From: a virus | Lineage: Duplodnaviria; Caudoviricetes | Length of the DNA: 36,074 bases | Strand: one strand, 5' to 3' | Virus record (IMG/VR): IMGVR_UViG_3300020044_004534 | Span: 1-36,074 of that record | Part shown: one piece after another, positions 25,800 through 34,576 of the stretch | Numbering within the stretch: the first letter of the stretch is position 1 | Layout of the letters: every line of letters starts with the position of its first letter | Program-made: the position numbers and the translations under genes | Notes under the pieces: model-generated | Told to the model about the DNA's origin: nothing | The model's database searches: none | The model's input: the letters and a program-made list of their open reading frames with translations, nothing else

Positions 25800-26014
25800 T
25801 GCCAACATACCAGTATCGTTGCGACCAATGCGAATGGGAATATAACGAAGTTCGTAGCATCCACGAATCGCAACAAGTAACACATTGCCCAAACGAGCAA
25901 TGCACTAAACCGCTTCGTAGAATCTACACTGTACCACCAATCGCCTTCAAAGGCGACGGCTTCTACAGCCGAGACCAAAAACTCCAAGTCACATTTGACG
26001 GACAGGAACTCTAA
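25799..26014 (+). CDS. FmdB-family zinc-ribbon protein
   Basis: MPTYQYRC..C...CP..C..PLRR....P.I.FKG.GFYS.D. Confidence 0.85.
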   Translation: MPTYQYRCDQCEWEYNEVRSIHESQQVTHCPNEQCTKPLRRIYTVPPIAFKGDGFYSRDQKLQVTFDGQEL

Positions 26015-26610
26015 TGCCTTACTACATCACAAACAAACACCCGAAATGCAAAAGTGGCTGGGCAACAGTCAACAGCGCATACGAACTAAAGTCTTGCCAC
26101 AAAACAAAACAGCAAGCAGTAGACCACATGGTTGCAATCTCACTTGCACAAGACCTACAGCCGGGTGGAACCTTTCCAAAAGACCGCAAGAAAGAAACAT
26201 TCCTATCAAAGTTTGGTTTCTTCAAAGAGTCAGCAGACAACACTTACAACCCACCACAAGGTGTGCAGAACGCTGCAAAGCGAGCACTGAAATGGATCTC
26301 AGAAGGCAAAGCCGGTCCAGGGTTTACGAGCGTAGGTCGTCGTCGAGCTTCACAGTTGGCTTCTGGCGAATCGGTAAGCCGTGATACTGTTGCTAGAATG
26401 AAGTCATACTTTGCACGACACACCGTTGACAAAAAAGCAACAGGATTCAACTCTGGTGAAAAAGGATTCCCAACACCAGGCCGTGTCGCTTGGGACGCTT
26501 GGGGTGGCGATGCCGGTGCTGCATGGGTTAAAAGAATCAACCTAGACAAAAACACAAGCAACGACAACCACAGCAACGATAACAACAGCAATGACGACAA
26601 CAGTATGTAA
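26014..26610 (+). CDS. Conserved phage hypothetical protein (modules typically seen in head-morphogenesis proteins)
   Basis: MPYYI...C..GWA.V...CH.TK..A..HM.A module plus PP.GV..AA.RAL.W...RM.SYFARH..D...AW..WGGDAG..W module. Confidence 0.7.
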   Translation: MPYYITNKHPKCKSGWATVNSAYELKSCHKTKQQAVDHMVAISLAQDLQPGGTFPKDRKKETFLSKFGFFKESADNTYNPPQGVQNAAKRALKWISEGKAGPGFTSVGRRRASQLASGESVSRDTVARMKSYFARHTVDKKATGFNSGEKGFPTPGRVAWDAWGGDAGAAWVKRINLDKNTSNDNHSNDNNSNDDNSM

Positions 26611-26675
26611 TTGCTGCACTACCAGATACGAAGATGTGCAAAACCCGAAGCCGTGTGGCTTAGGGTGTAAACCAT

Positions 26676-28031
26676 GTGGCTCATGTGTCACAAAAACGAA
26701 AGGGCGAACCATTGCCAAAAAGCTGTAAACTTTGCGACATGCTGCCTAACGCAGACTTATCACATGCGCTACTAAACAACTCAAGCCGTTGGATTGCCAG
26801 CAACTTCGAGATTGGTCGCACAACCGTAAACAAACACCGAGCACGTTGCATGGGCATCACTGTGCCACAAGCAACTGACAAGAAAATGCTAGAGACAGAA
26901 CTACAGTCACTAGAATGGTCAGGTGACAAAGGTGTTTGGAATACTGGGCTAATTGACAACGCACTCGAAGGAATCTCACACGAAGCAATCCTTGCAAAGT
27001 TTGGACACGACCCTGAAAAGGTTGCCATTCGTGGAGTGTTGCGAGAGTCACACAAAGAATACTGGAGCCGTGACCTTGAGCAAATGCTTTGGAAGCACAG
27101 TTACTCATTCTCTGTGGAGAAGCGCACAGGTGTGCCAGTAGAAAACATTGACCCAGTAGCATTGCTAAAGCAACTCGCACAAGGCTCTAAGGCAACACCA
27201 AAGCCTGTAGATGGTGTGCCGTCAACATTCGTTCTCGACTGGGCCGACTGGCAGTTTGCTAAAAAAGAAGGTGGCGGAACCGAAGGTCTAATCACCCGAC
27301 TACACAGAGCCTTCAACCAAGCCGAAGAGCGCATCCTAGAACTACGCAAAATCGGTAGAGCACTAGACGAACTAGTAATCATTGGTGGCGGTGACATGGT
27401 AGAAGGTTGTGTCATTTACCCAAACCAGTCATACGAGATCGACGGCAACCGTCGTGAACAAATCCGTGGCACAGTAGCCCTAATCCTGCAAGGAATTGCA
27501 CAACTAGCACCATACTTCAAGAGTGTGCGTGTAGTAGTAGCCCCCGGTAACCACGGCGAACACCGCATCAACGGTAACAGAACAACCATTGGCGACAACG
27601 ACGACCTGCTAGTATTTGAAATGGCAGAAATCGCTTGCAACAATGACCCACGATTCCAACATGTGAAGTTTGAAATTGCTGAAAAAGAAATCTCAGTAAC
27701 TACAAAGATTTACGACTGGGTTTACGGTGTCACACACGGTGACGTTTATGGACGTGGCTCAGGCACAGGAGTGCGAAACAAAGTATTTGGTTGGTTTAAA
27801 ACAATGGCTGCAAACCGTCACCCTGTTGGCATGTCAGACGTTTTAGTAACACACCATTTCCACCACGACGCACTAGAAGATTGGGGCAACACGCTATGGA
27901 TTCAAAATCCAACAATGGACGGTGGAAGTCACTACTTCAAAGAATTTTCAGGCCACGACACAAAGCCCGGAATGAACAGTTGGGTAGTTACACCAGAGGA
28001 ACGTCTACAAGACAAGCAGATTCTTCGCTAA
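26676..28031 (+). CDS. Calcineurin-like metallophosphoesterase (Mre11-like) with N-terminal Zn/HTH region
   Basis: ADWQ, GGDMVEG, PGNHG, THGD, HHFHH. Confidence 0.85.
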   Translation: MAHVSQKRKGEPLPKSCKLCDMLPNADLSHALLNNSSRWIASNFEIGRTTVNKHRARCMGITVPQATDKKMLETELQSLEWSGDKGVWNTGLIDNALEGISHEAILAKFGHDPEKVAIRGVLRESHKEYWSRDLEQMLWKHSYSFSVEKRTGVPVENIDPVALLKQLAQGSKATPKPVDGVPSTFVLDWADWQFAKKEGGGTEGLITRLHRAFNQAEERILELRKIGRALDELVIIGGGDMVEGCVIYPNQSYEIDGNRREQIRGTVALILQGIAQLAPYFKSVRVVVAPGNHGEHRINGNRTTIGDNDDLLVFEMAEIACNNDPRFQHVKFEIAEKEISVTTKIYDWVYGVTHGDVYGRGSGTGVRNKVFGWFKTMAANRHPVGMSDVLVTHHFHHDALEDWGNTLWIQNPTMDGGSHYFKEFSGHDTKPGMNSWVVTPEERLQDKQILR

Positions 28032-28081
28032 AAGTCTTTGCTGAAGAAATATATGACGAAGAGTCAAATGTTTCAATCACA

Positions 28082-28255
28082 ATGATTTTTGTGTGCGCTT
28101 GTGAAGACACGGTTTACCGTTACGGTGAGAGCAGTCACTTTTTCTGCTCTCACTGTGACAGGCCATGTTTTGTACAAGACTGTGTACAATGTGAAGTCTA
28201 TGCAAACGCTGATGAAATAACACACGAAGGAGAAGAAGATGGAGATAACTTTTAG
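28082..28255 (+). CDS. Small Cys-rich protein
   Basis: CAC...FCSHCDRPC...C..C; start uncertain. Confidence 0.55.
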   Translation: MIFVCACEDTVYRYGESSHFFCSHCDRPCFVQDCVQCEVYANADEITHEGEEDGDNF

Positions 28256-28931
28256 GTCAGACATGACCGTTGAACTAATTGACAGTATGGGAGATGATGC
28301 AAGTGTGGTTAAAGCTGCTCGTGTTTCAAGCGGTAGTATTGCTGATGGTTCTGCTGGGGATATTGGGTTAATCAACTACCTAATGCGTGACCGTCACGGT
28401 TCACCATTTGAGCATAATGCTTTTACATTCCGTATCGAAGCACCTATCTTTGTGTTTCGTGAGTTTATGCGACACCGTATTGCGTCATATAACGAAGAGT
28501 CGGGTCGTTACAAGCAGCTAGACCCAGTGTTCTATACGCCACCAGCAGACAGACCACTGATTCAGATTGGTAAGCCTGGTGCGTATACGTTTGAAGAAGG
28601 CACAGCGGAGCAGTCGGCATTAGTCAAAGAAGCTCTGTTAGCCAATAGCCAAGACGCATACGAAATCTATGAGAAGATGCTAAAAGAAGGTGTCGCACGA
28701 GAAGTTGCTCGCATGGCACTCCCTGTGAATATTTACTCATCGATGTATGTAACAATGAACGCACGAAGCCTAATGAACTTCCTATCACTACGCTCACTAG
28801 AGCAAGGTACTTATCCATCATTCCCACAGCAAGAAATTGCTTGGGTAGCAGACGGAATGGAAGCACACTTTGCAAACAAGATGCCAGCAACATATGCGTC
28901 ATTTGTAAAGAACGGCAGAGTAGCACCATAA
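28239..28931 (+). CDS. thyX: Flavin-dependent thymidylate synthase
   Basis: HGSPFEH, RHR..SYNEESGRY, REVAR..LP, N.RSL.NFL.LR. Confidence 0.97.
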   Translation: MEITFRSDMTVELIDSMGDDASVVKAARVSSGSIADGSAGDIGLINYLMRDRHGSPFEHNAFTFRIEAPIFVFREFMRHRIASYNEESGRYKQLDPVFYTPPADRPLIQIGKPGAYTFEEGTAEQSALVKEALLANSQDAYEIYEKMLKEGVAREVARMALPVNIYSSMYVTMNARSLMNFLSLRSLEQGTYPSFPQQEIAWVADGMEAHFANKMPATYASFVKNGRVAP

Positions 28932-29389
28932 TGCGACCAACATGGGACACCATCTGGTTGCAAATAGCAAAAACAATTGCACTCCGTTCACGATGCGACA
29001 AAGCACAAGTAGGCGCAACCATTGTAGACTCAAAGCAACGATCTGTTGCAATGGGCTACAATGGTCCAGCATCAACATACAAAGGTAAAGGGCAATGCTC
29101 CAACTGGTGTGGTCGTGCACAAAACAAACAAACAGATGCCGCATACGACAACTGCCCAAGCATCCACGCTGAAGCAAACGCTCTACTATATGTAGACCGT
29201 TCCGCAACAGAAGGTGCAACAATCTACATCACCCACCCACCATGTATGGGTTGTGCAAAACTAATCAGCAACTCCGGAATCAAAAAAGTAGTCTTTGAAC
29301 AAGGAGAATCTGACAAGCACAGAAACCCAGAAGCAGTAATAGCCTTCCTGCATGAGTGTGGAATCCCCTGCTACTCTTACGACAGGTAA
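28931..29389 (+). CDS. dCMP deaminase
   Basis: RP.WD, RS.C, VGA, GYNG, HAEANA, PCMGC; start ATG 28931. Confidence 0.93.
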   Translation: MRPTWDTIWLQIAKTIALRSRCDKAQVGATIVDSKQRSVAMGYNGPASTYKGKGQCSNWCGRAQNKQTDAAYDNCPSIHAEANALLYVDRSATEGATIYITHPPCMGCAKLISNSGIKKVVFEQGESDKHRNPEAVIAFLHECGIPCYSYDR

Positions 29390-29430
29390 AACAAAACCCC
29401 CAGCCAAATAAGGTTGGGGGTTTTGCCTTG
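29388..29430. terminator. Bidirectional intrinsic terminator between convergent arms
   Basis: CAAAACCCCCAGCC-AAATAA-GGTTGGGGGTTTTG. Confidence 0.85.
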
Positions 29431-29444
29431 TCGGGTAAGCCTGC

Positions 29445-29693
29445 TTATGGCAGGAAACTCGTAACCAATGAAACAACCACAGCAGCAACAGCAAGCCACA
29501 AAGCAACAGCAGCAGACTTGTTCTCACGTTGAGTTTTCAACTGAGTCATGTCATGCTCCAACATTGCCAAACGGCTATCATGTGCATCTAATTTCTTTTC
29601 AACACGTTGTTGCGATTCTTGCACGTTACTAATCTTTTCCTCAATGCGCCCAATAGCGATGAGTATCGTTACATCTGTGGTATCTTCAGGCAT
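29445..29693 (-). CDS. Coiled-coil plus C-terminal TM protein (lysis-cassette membrane protein)
   Basis: GRIEEKI...HDSRL coiled coil, terminal hydrophobic helix. Confidence 0.75.
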   Translation of the reverse strand: MPEDTTDVTILIAIGRIEEKISNVQESQQRVEKKLDAHDSRLAMLEHDMTQLKTQRENKSAAVALWLAVAAVVVSLVTSFLP

Positions 29694-29948
29694 TTACTTT
29701 TCGCTGTCGTTCTTTTCAACCAGCTTGTTGAATGACGCATCGATTTCTTCAACAGTAATCTGACCATCGTTCAGGTAACTGCGAGACATTTCCTCAGCAA
29801 TTTCCATAACACCAACAGCAGCAGCCATGATGCAAGATTGCCAGAAAGCCAAACCAATAGCAGAACCACCAACGAAAGTTCCGCTAATTTTCAAAATAGT
29901 GTAGGCAAGTGTGCGACCAGAGATCGCTTTAACTAGTTCTTTGTCCAA
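29694..29948 (-). CDS. Holin-like membrane protein
   Basis: Hydrophobic helices, DGQIT.EEI motif; start likely TTG 29948 after GGAG. Confidence 0.65.
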   Translation of the reverse strand: MDKELVKAISGRTLAYTILKISGTFVGGSAIGLAFWQSCIMAAAVGVMEIAEEMSRSYLNDGQITVEEIDASFNKLVEKNDSEK

Positions 29949-29999
29949 TTTATACTCCAATGATTATGCGCCCATTGGATATAACCATTATACCTTATG

Positions 30000-30167
30000 T
30001 TATTCTTTAGGATTACGAAGACGGTAAGTGACAGCCCAAATACCTAAAGTGATTAGAATAAGGTTGCCTGTCACAGTTTTTGCTGAACCTTCAAGCACAA
30101 GCCATGCTGTGCCAAGACCAACAAGGGTCCATGCTTGGTCCAAAATGTCTCGTAGAAAATCTTTCAT
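30000..30167 (-). CDS. 55-aa two-TM membrane protein (holin-like)
   Basis: MKDFLRDILDQAWTLVGLGTAWLVLEGSAKTVTGNLILITLGIWAVTYRLRNPKE; TAATG overlap; not in track. Confidence 0.75.
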   Translation of the reverse strand: MKDFLRDILDQAWTLVGLGTAWLVLEGSAKTVTGNLILITLGIWAVTYRLRNPKE

Positions 30168-31282
30168 TACTTTATCTTTCTTGTTGAAGCACTAGCCGCA
30201 ACGCTTGCGCTTGCTGCTACTTGTGCAATTTGACCTGCGATAATTGCGCCCACTACAACTTTTTGCGATTCTTCACGAACTTCCGGTGCCATGTCAGCAC
30301 CAAGATTACCAAGAGCATTGAATACCTCCAACACTGCAACAGCAGCGTTTCCGATAAGTGGGATTGCTGCTAATTCTTCAGGAACTTCAGGGTCATCAGC
30401 TTCAGCAGCTTCAGCTAACTGTTCAACTACTTGTTCCTGTGTTAGGATTGTTTCTTCAAGTATTTCTACAGGAGGTTCAGTTGAAGGTTTTTCTACTACG
30501 GGTGGTTCTGGTTCTATTGTGTTTTCTTCCACTGGTTCTGGTGGTAACTGGGGTTCAGGCGAAGATGTCACTGGTGGCTCAGTCGGCTCTGGGCTTGGTT
30601 CTGGGCTTGGTGTTTCTGGTTCTGGCGACGGTTCTGGAGAAGGCTGAGTTGGCTCAGGAGAAGGCTCAACGCTTGGCTCGGGACTAGGTTCAATGGTTGG
30701 CTCTGGGCTAGGTTGAACTGTTGGTTCTGGTGTTGGTTCAACAATAACTGGTTGAGTAAAAGCGCTTGGTTGAACAATATCCCAATACCCTGTGCCATCT
30801 AAAGGCAACATGTATAGGGTAGAACAGGCTCCACCGCCGTACTCATAGAACCAAGCATCCAAAACATATGAATGGTTAGCGATTGGTGTAAAAGCGTTCA
30901 CAGAGCCGCCACAGCCCTTCAGGGACCAGTCCTCAATAACCGAGATACCGTCAAGCGTTAGGCTAAATCCGTCATCAGCAATAGCCATAAGATACACAGG
31001 AACATCTGAAGTAAACACCATAGTGCCTGTGTAATGAATTGCCACAAAATCATTACCACAACCAAGAATGTCATCGCCACCCCAGTCTGCTTGAATGTTA
31101 GCAGTGTAAGTGGTTGCACAGAAAGTCATAGCCTCAGCGTTACGCTCAGGATACAAAAAATCTGGACTGAAATTATAAACATCCAACTTCAGATTATTTG
31201 CCTCATCACCCTGTGCCGGTTGCACAAGAAGAAACGACAGAATAGCCAGCGAGATTGCTGCAAAAAATCTAACGTGTTTCAT
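30167..31282 (-). CDS. Exported protein: signal peptide, PA14-like domain, Pro/Glu-rich linker, C-terminal hydrophobic anchor
   Basis: MKHVRFFAAISLAILSFLLVQPAQG; DWGG, ADDGF.L.LDG..VI.DW, FYE.GGGA; (PSPE)n. Confidence 0.75.
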   Translation of the reverse strand: MKHVRFFAAISLAILSFLLVQPAQGDEANNLKLDVYNFSPDFLYPERNAEAMTFCATTYTANIQADWGGDDILGCGNDFVAIHYTGTMVFTSDVPVYLMAIADDGFSLTLDGISVIEDWSLKGCGGSVNAFTPIANHSYVLDAWFYEYGGGACSTLYMLPLDGTGYWDIVQPSAFTQPVIVEPTPEPTVQPSPEPTIEPSPEPSVEPSPEPTQPSPEPSPEPETPSPEPSPEPTEPPVTSSPEPQLPPEPVEENTIEPEPPVVEKPSTEPPVEILEETILTQEQVVEQLAEAAEADDPEVPEELAAIPLIGNAAVAVLEVFNALGNLGADMAPEVREESQKVVVGAIIAGQIAQVAASASVAASASTRKIK

Positions 31283-31291
31283 TCCACTCCA

Positions 31292-31335
31292 AATACAAAA
31301 ATGGGCTGCGAAATTAATCGCAGCCCATTAGTTTT
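31292..31335. terminator. Intrinsic terminator after endolysin
   Basis: AATGGGCTGCGA-AATTAA-TCGCAGCCCATT with T-rich flanks on both strands. Confidence 0.8.
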
Positions 31336-31341
31336 TAGTTT

Positions 31342-32133
31342 TTAGTAAAGCTTTAGAACATCGCCAGGTTGAAGAGGCTTGTTCTCGTTCAGCTCTTGAA
31401 GCCTCTTAACACGAGCTTCAATTGTTTTCCCATCAACAGGGTGATCTTCAGCAATAGCCCAATACGAGTCACCAGACTTAACAACATAAGTCTTAGGCTC
31501 AGGCTTCACAGAAGGCTTCTCAGCAGCCACAGGAGCCGCCACAGGCTTCGCAACCTTAGCAACCTTAGTAGGTTTGCCATGAACAGCAACAGGGGCTACA
31601 GGGGCGTTCTCAGGGGTTTCTAGTTTAGCTGAAGCAACAATAGCCTGCTTTGCTTTCTGAATCTTAATAAACTCCAAAGGGTCCACAAAGTTCTTACCAG
31701 TAGCAGACCAAACATACTTCTTACCCTTAAAGATTTCAAAGTGCAAATGCTTGCCAGTAACATCACCAGACGCACCCATCTTACCAACAATCGCACCAGC
31801 AGTAACACGCTGACCAACCTTAAGCTTCAAAGAACCAAGCTCATTGTGGGCATAAACAGAGATATAAAACTCTCCATCAATCTTGTGCAACACCATAGTG
31901 TGATAACCGAAGCCACCAACAGAACCATCACCCTTGCGGAGCTTAGAAGGTCCACTGAAAATTACTTTACCATCAGCAAAAACCTCATTGTAAAGCAAAC
32001 CATTACCCCAAATGTCAACACCATTGTGGTGAGACTTCTTACCAGAAGTAGGGTGTGTACGCCAACCAAAAGGCGACGTTACACGCCACTCTTTGTTTTT
32101 GCGACCATCAATTGGATACTGAATTTTTCCCAT
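31342..32133 (-). CDS. Endolysin: M23 peptidase plus LysM
   Basis: SPFG.R.HP, HNGVD, YAH, G..TG.HLHFE; YVVKSGDSYWAIA...LQPGDVL. Confidence 0.92.
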   Translation of the reverse strand: MGKIQYPIDGRKNKEWRVTSPFGWRTHPTSGKKSHHNGVDIWGNGLLYNEVFADGKVIFSGPSKLRKGDGSVGGFGYHTMVLHKIDGEFYISVYAHNELGSLKLKVGQRVTAGAIVGKMGASGDVTGKHLHFEIFKGKKYVWSATGKNFVDPLEFIKIQKAKQAIVASAKLETPENAPVAPVAVHGKPTKVAKVAKPVAAPVAAEKPSVKPEPKTYVVKSGDSYWAIAEDHPVDGKTIEARVKRLQELNENKPLQPGDVLKLY

Positions 32134-32144
32134 TATTATTTTCC

Positions 32145-32831
32145 TTACGCGATCTCGTATGAGAATGTTACCACAACATAGTCTGTATTTGATACAGCAA
32201 CAGGTGCAGCGGTTCCATTAGGTGCAAAGTTGCTCAAGCGAGCAGCAGGTGCGGCATAGATGTAACGCACAATAGCATTAGAAGTGCTAGTCTGAGCAAC
32301 AGTCAAAGCATATAGAGCATTAGATGAAGTAACCTTAACAAAAGTTCCATAACCAATCTGTGCCCTAGAGTCCAAAATAGCTGCACCAGTAACAGGCAAG
32401 CTAATGTTAAGAGTAGAAACACCTGGGGTATTAACGTTTGCTGTCATTTTAATCTGCACAGTTACGATACCGTCGGATACCATATAACGATTAGTGTTGA
32501 AAGTAAAACCAGTAACAGCAGTAGGAGTATAATCCCCCCAAGGCTGAGACTGAAGCTTCCAAGCCGTACCGTTATAAATCCACTCAGACTTAGTACCAGT
32601 CACATAACAGCGTGAACCAGCAGTCATGCCAGTAATAGCTCCACGAAGCGAGTCATTAGCAACAGTGTACTGATAGTTTTGCAAGTGGTTGTTGATACCT
32701 GTTAAACCAGTGCTAGAGTTACTCAAAGCAGTTTCAACAGTGTCAGCAAGATTACTGAACGCTGTGTGAAGTGGTGCAATGTTGTCTGTGGCTACTGGAT
32801 AATAAATTCCATAATTAGTTGTAGTTGGCAT
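32145..32831 (-). CDS. Minor tail protein, leaderless
   Basis: TT.YGI.YP, W.YNGTAW; AAGG-TAGAAT 6 nt before ATG. Confidence 0.75.
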   Translation of the reverse strand: MPTTTNYGIYYPVATDNIAPLHTAFSNLADTVETALSNSSTGLTGINNHLQNYQYTVANDSLRGAITGMTAGSRCYVTGTKSEWIYNGTAWKLQSQPWGDYTPTAVTGFTFNTNRYMVSDGIVTVQIKMTANVNTPGVSTLNISLPVTGAAILDSRAQIGYGTFVKVTSSNALYALTVAQTSTSNAIVRYIYAAPAARLSNFAPNGTAAPVAVSNTDYVVVTFSYEIA

Positions 32832-32845
32832 GCTTCTATTCTACC

Positions 32846-34576
32846 TTACTTAGCTTCAAGTGCTGCAATACGAGCTTCAAGAGCTTCGTTCTTCAAAATG
32901 AGTTCCTTAATAGCCTGTGCCATCAACGGAGTAAGTTTAGCATCCATAACCTGTTGATAGTCCGGATTGCCATCTTCATCAACAGCATCCTTCTCACCGA
33001 TAACAGCCTCAGGATGCACAGCCTGAACCTCGTGTGCAATAAAGCCTGTCTGTAGGTTTTGCTCAGGGTCAACTTCTTTAATCTTACGGAACGTGTAAGC
33101 CTGAATACCCTTCATGCGCTCAAGAGCATCAGTTACAGGCTGTACATCTTCCTTAATTCGGTAATCTGAACCAGAAGCAAATGCTGGTGTACCACCAGAT
33201 GTAGTATTAATTACACCGCTAGATGTGCCATTATAGATAAACTGCACCATACGAGCTGTTCCTGTTGCGTTGAACTTATGCAGATAGCATGGGTTACCGT
33301 CTGCCGCATCAACCGAAAAAACACCATAACCAGTTTTGCTTAGGTGTGCACCAGATGCCTGTGTTGCAGCAAGACCACTACGCTGATTTGTTGACAAACT
33401 TACATCTGAGTTCCAAGTTACTAAACTGCTATTGTAGTAAAAGTCATCAGAGTTTTCAACACCATCAACGACAGGACGTAGGCCACCTACCGCATTGGCT
33501 GCAGTTGTAGCCAATAGTCTCACACCATTCTCAACACCTGTTGCGTCTAAATTAGTGCGACAGCTAGTGTTTCCAATAAAAGTAGAATTACCAACAATGT
33601 AAAGATCTGTAGCAATAACACCACCATCAGTCGTCAAGCCACCATCAGTTAGACTCGTAGTAGCAGAAAACCTATCTGGCTCCACATTCAGGTCAGTAAT
33701 ATTGGACCCAACATGAAAACCATCCAAGTCCATAAGCGCATATTCACCATATGAACCTCTAACAACAACTTTACTCTGCCTAACTGGATATGTGTAACTT
33801 ATTCCAATTGTCTTAACAAAGCCAGTAACAGCAGTTGTTTCAGTAGTCAAAACAGTAATATCAATATTGCTACCATTTACCACAGCATTAGTGATAACTG
33901 TGCGCTGCGTGTTATATACTCCACAGTTAGACATTGATATATATGAACCAGTAACATAGGTTGCAAGGTTTTCTGCATTATTTGCAACCTGGAAAGTTAA
34001 AGATGTTCCATTACCTTGAATTGTCATGCCAACAATAAGAGTGGCACCATAGTTTCCAGAACGCTTATCAAGAAGCTCCAAGTAAAGACTGGAACCTTTA
34101 GCAGAACCATGAATCTCAGAACCCTCAATAAGGACATCGTTTGCCAAGAAAGCACCTGGAGTATATTCAGTAACGTTAGTTACAGGATTAGAGTAAGATT
34201 GAGCACCAGAAATTGCAAAGCTAGGTTGATAAACCGGCACCTCAACATCAAGGCCAAGACCAGCATCATAAACATAACCAACACGCTCAGGATCGCCAAC
34301 AAGCAAAGTTCCATTAACAGACAAATTCTTGTCAGCAATAGCATCCGTCACAAAAGTAGCATTAGAAATACCAACACTAGTAGAACCATCCTGTGTAGTC
34401 CCATAAGTAAAAGCTGCAGACGAACCAGCATTTTGAACATAGTCAACACCAACAATAGGTTTGCCAACAGCAGACTGCAAACGGCTAACATCAGTCTCAA
34501 GCTGGGTTAGCTGACCATCAGTAGCATCAACCCATGGTTGCATAGAAGCAGGTGCATTACTTACAGGTTTAGACAT
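32846..34576 (-). CDS. Tail fibre/spike with C-terminal intramolecular chaperone (peptidase S74)
   Basis: SDYRIKEDV...GFIAHEVQ.V.PEAV.G.KD...L..AIKEL...LEARI..LE. Confidence 0.88.
   Translation of the reverse strand: MSKPVSNAPASMQPWVDATDGQLTQLETDVSRLQSAVGKPIVGVDYVQNAGSSAAFTYGTTQDGSTSVGISNATFVTDAIADKNLSVNGTLLVGDPERVGYVYDAGLGLDVEVPVYQPSFAISGAQSYSNPVTNVTEYTPGAFLANDVLIEGSEIHGSAKGSSLYLELLDKRSGNYGATLIVGMTIQGNGTSLTFQVANNAENLATYVTGSYISMSNCGVYNTQRTVITNAVVNGSNIDITVLTTETTAVTGFVKTIGISYTYPVRQSKVVVRGSYGEYALMDLDGFHVGSNITDLNVEPDRFSATTSLTDGGLTTDGGVIATDLYIVGNSTFIGNTSCRTNLDATGVENGVRLLATTAANAVGGLRPVVDGVENSDDFYYNSSLVTWNSDVSLSTNQRSGLAATQASGAHLSKTGYGVFSVDAADGNPCYLHKFNATGTARMVQFIYNGTSSGVINTTSGGTPAFASGSDYRIKEDVQPVTDALERMKGIQAYTFRKIKEVDPEQNLQTGFIAHEVQAVHPEAVIGEKDAVDEDGNPDYQQVMDAKLTPLMAQAIKELILKNEALEARIAALEAK

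Noticed and set aside
409-34576. Diversity-generating retroelement acting on fibre genes
   Set aside because: No reverse transcriptase and no template/variable repeat pair seen in the window
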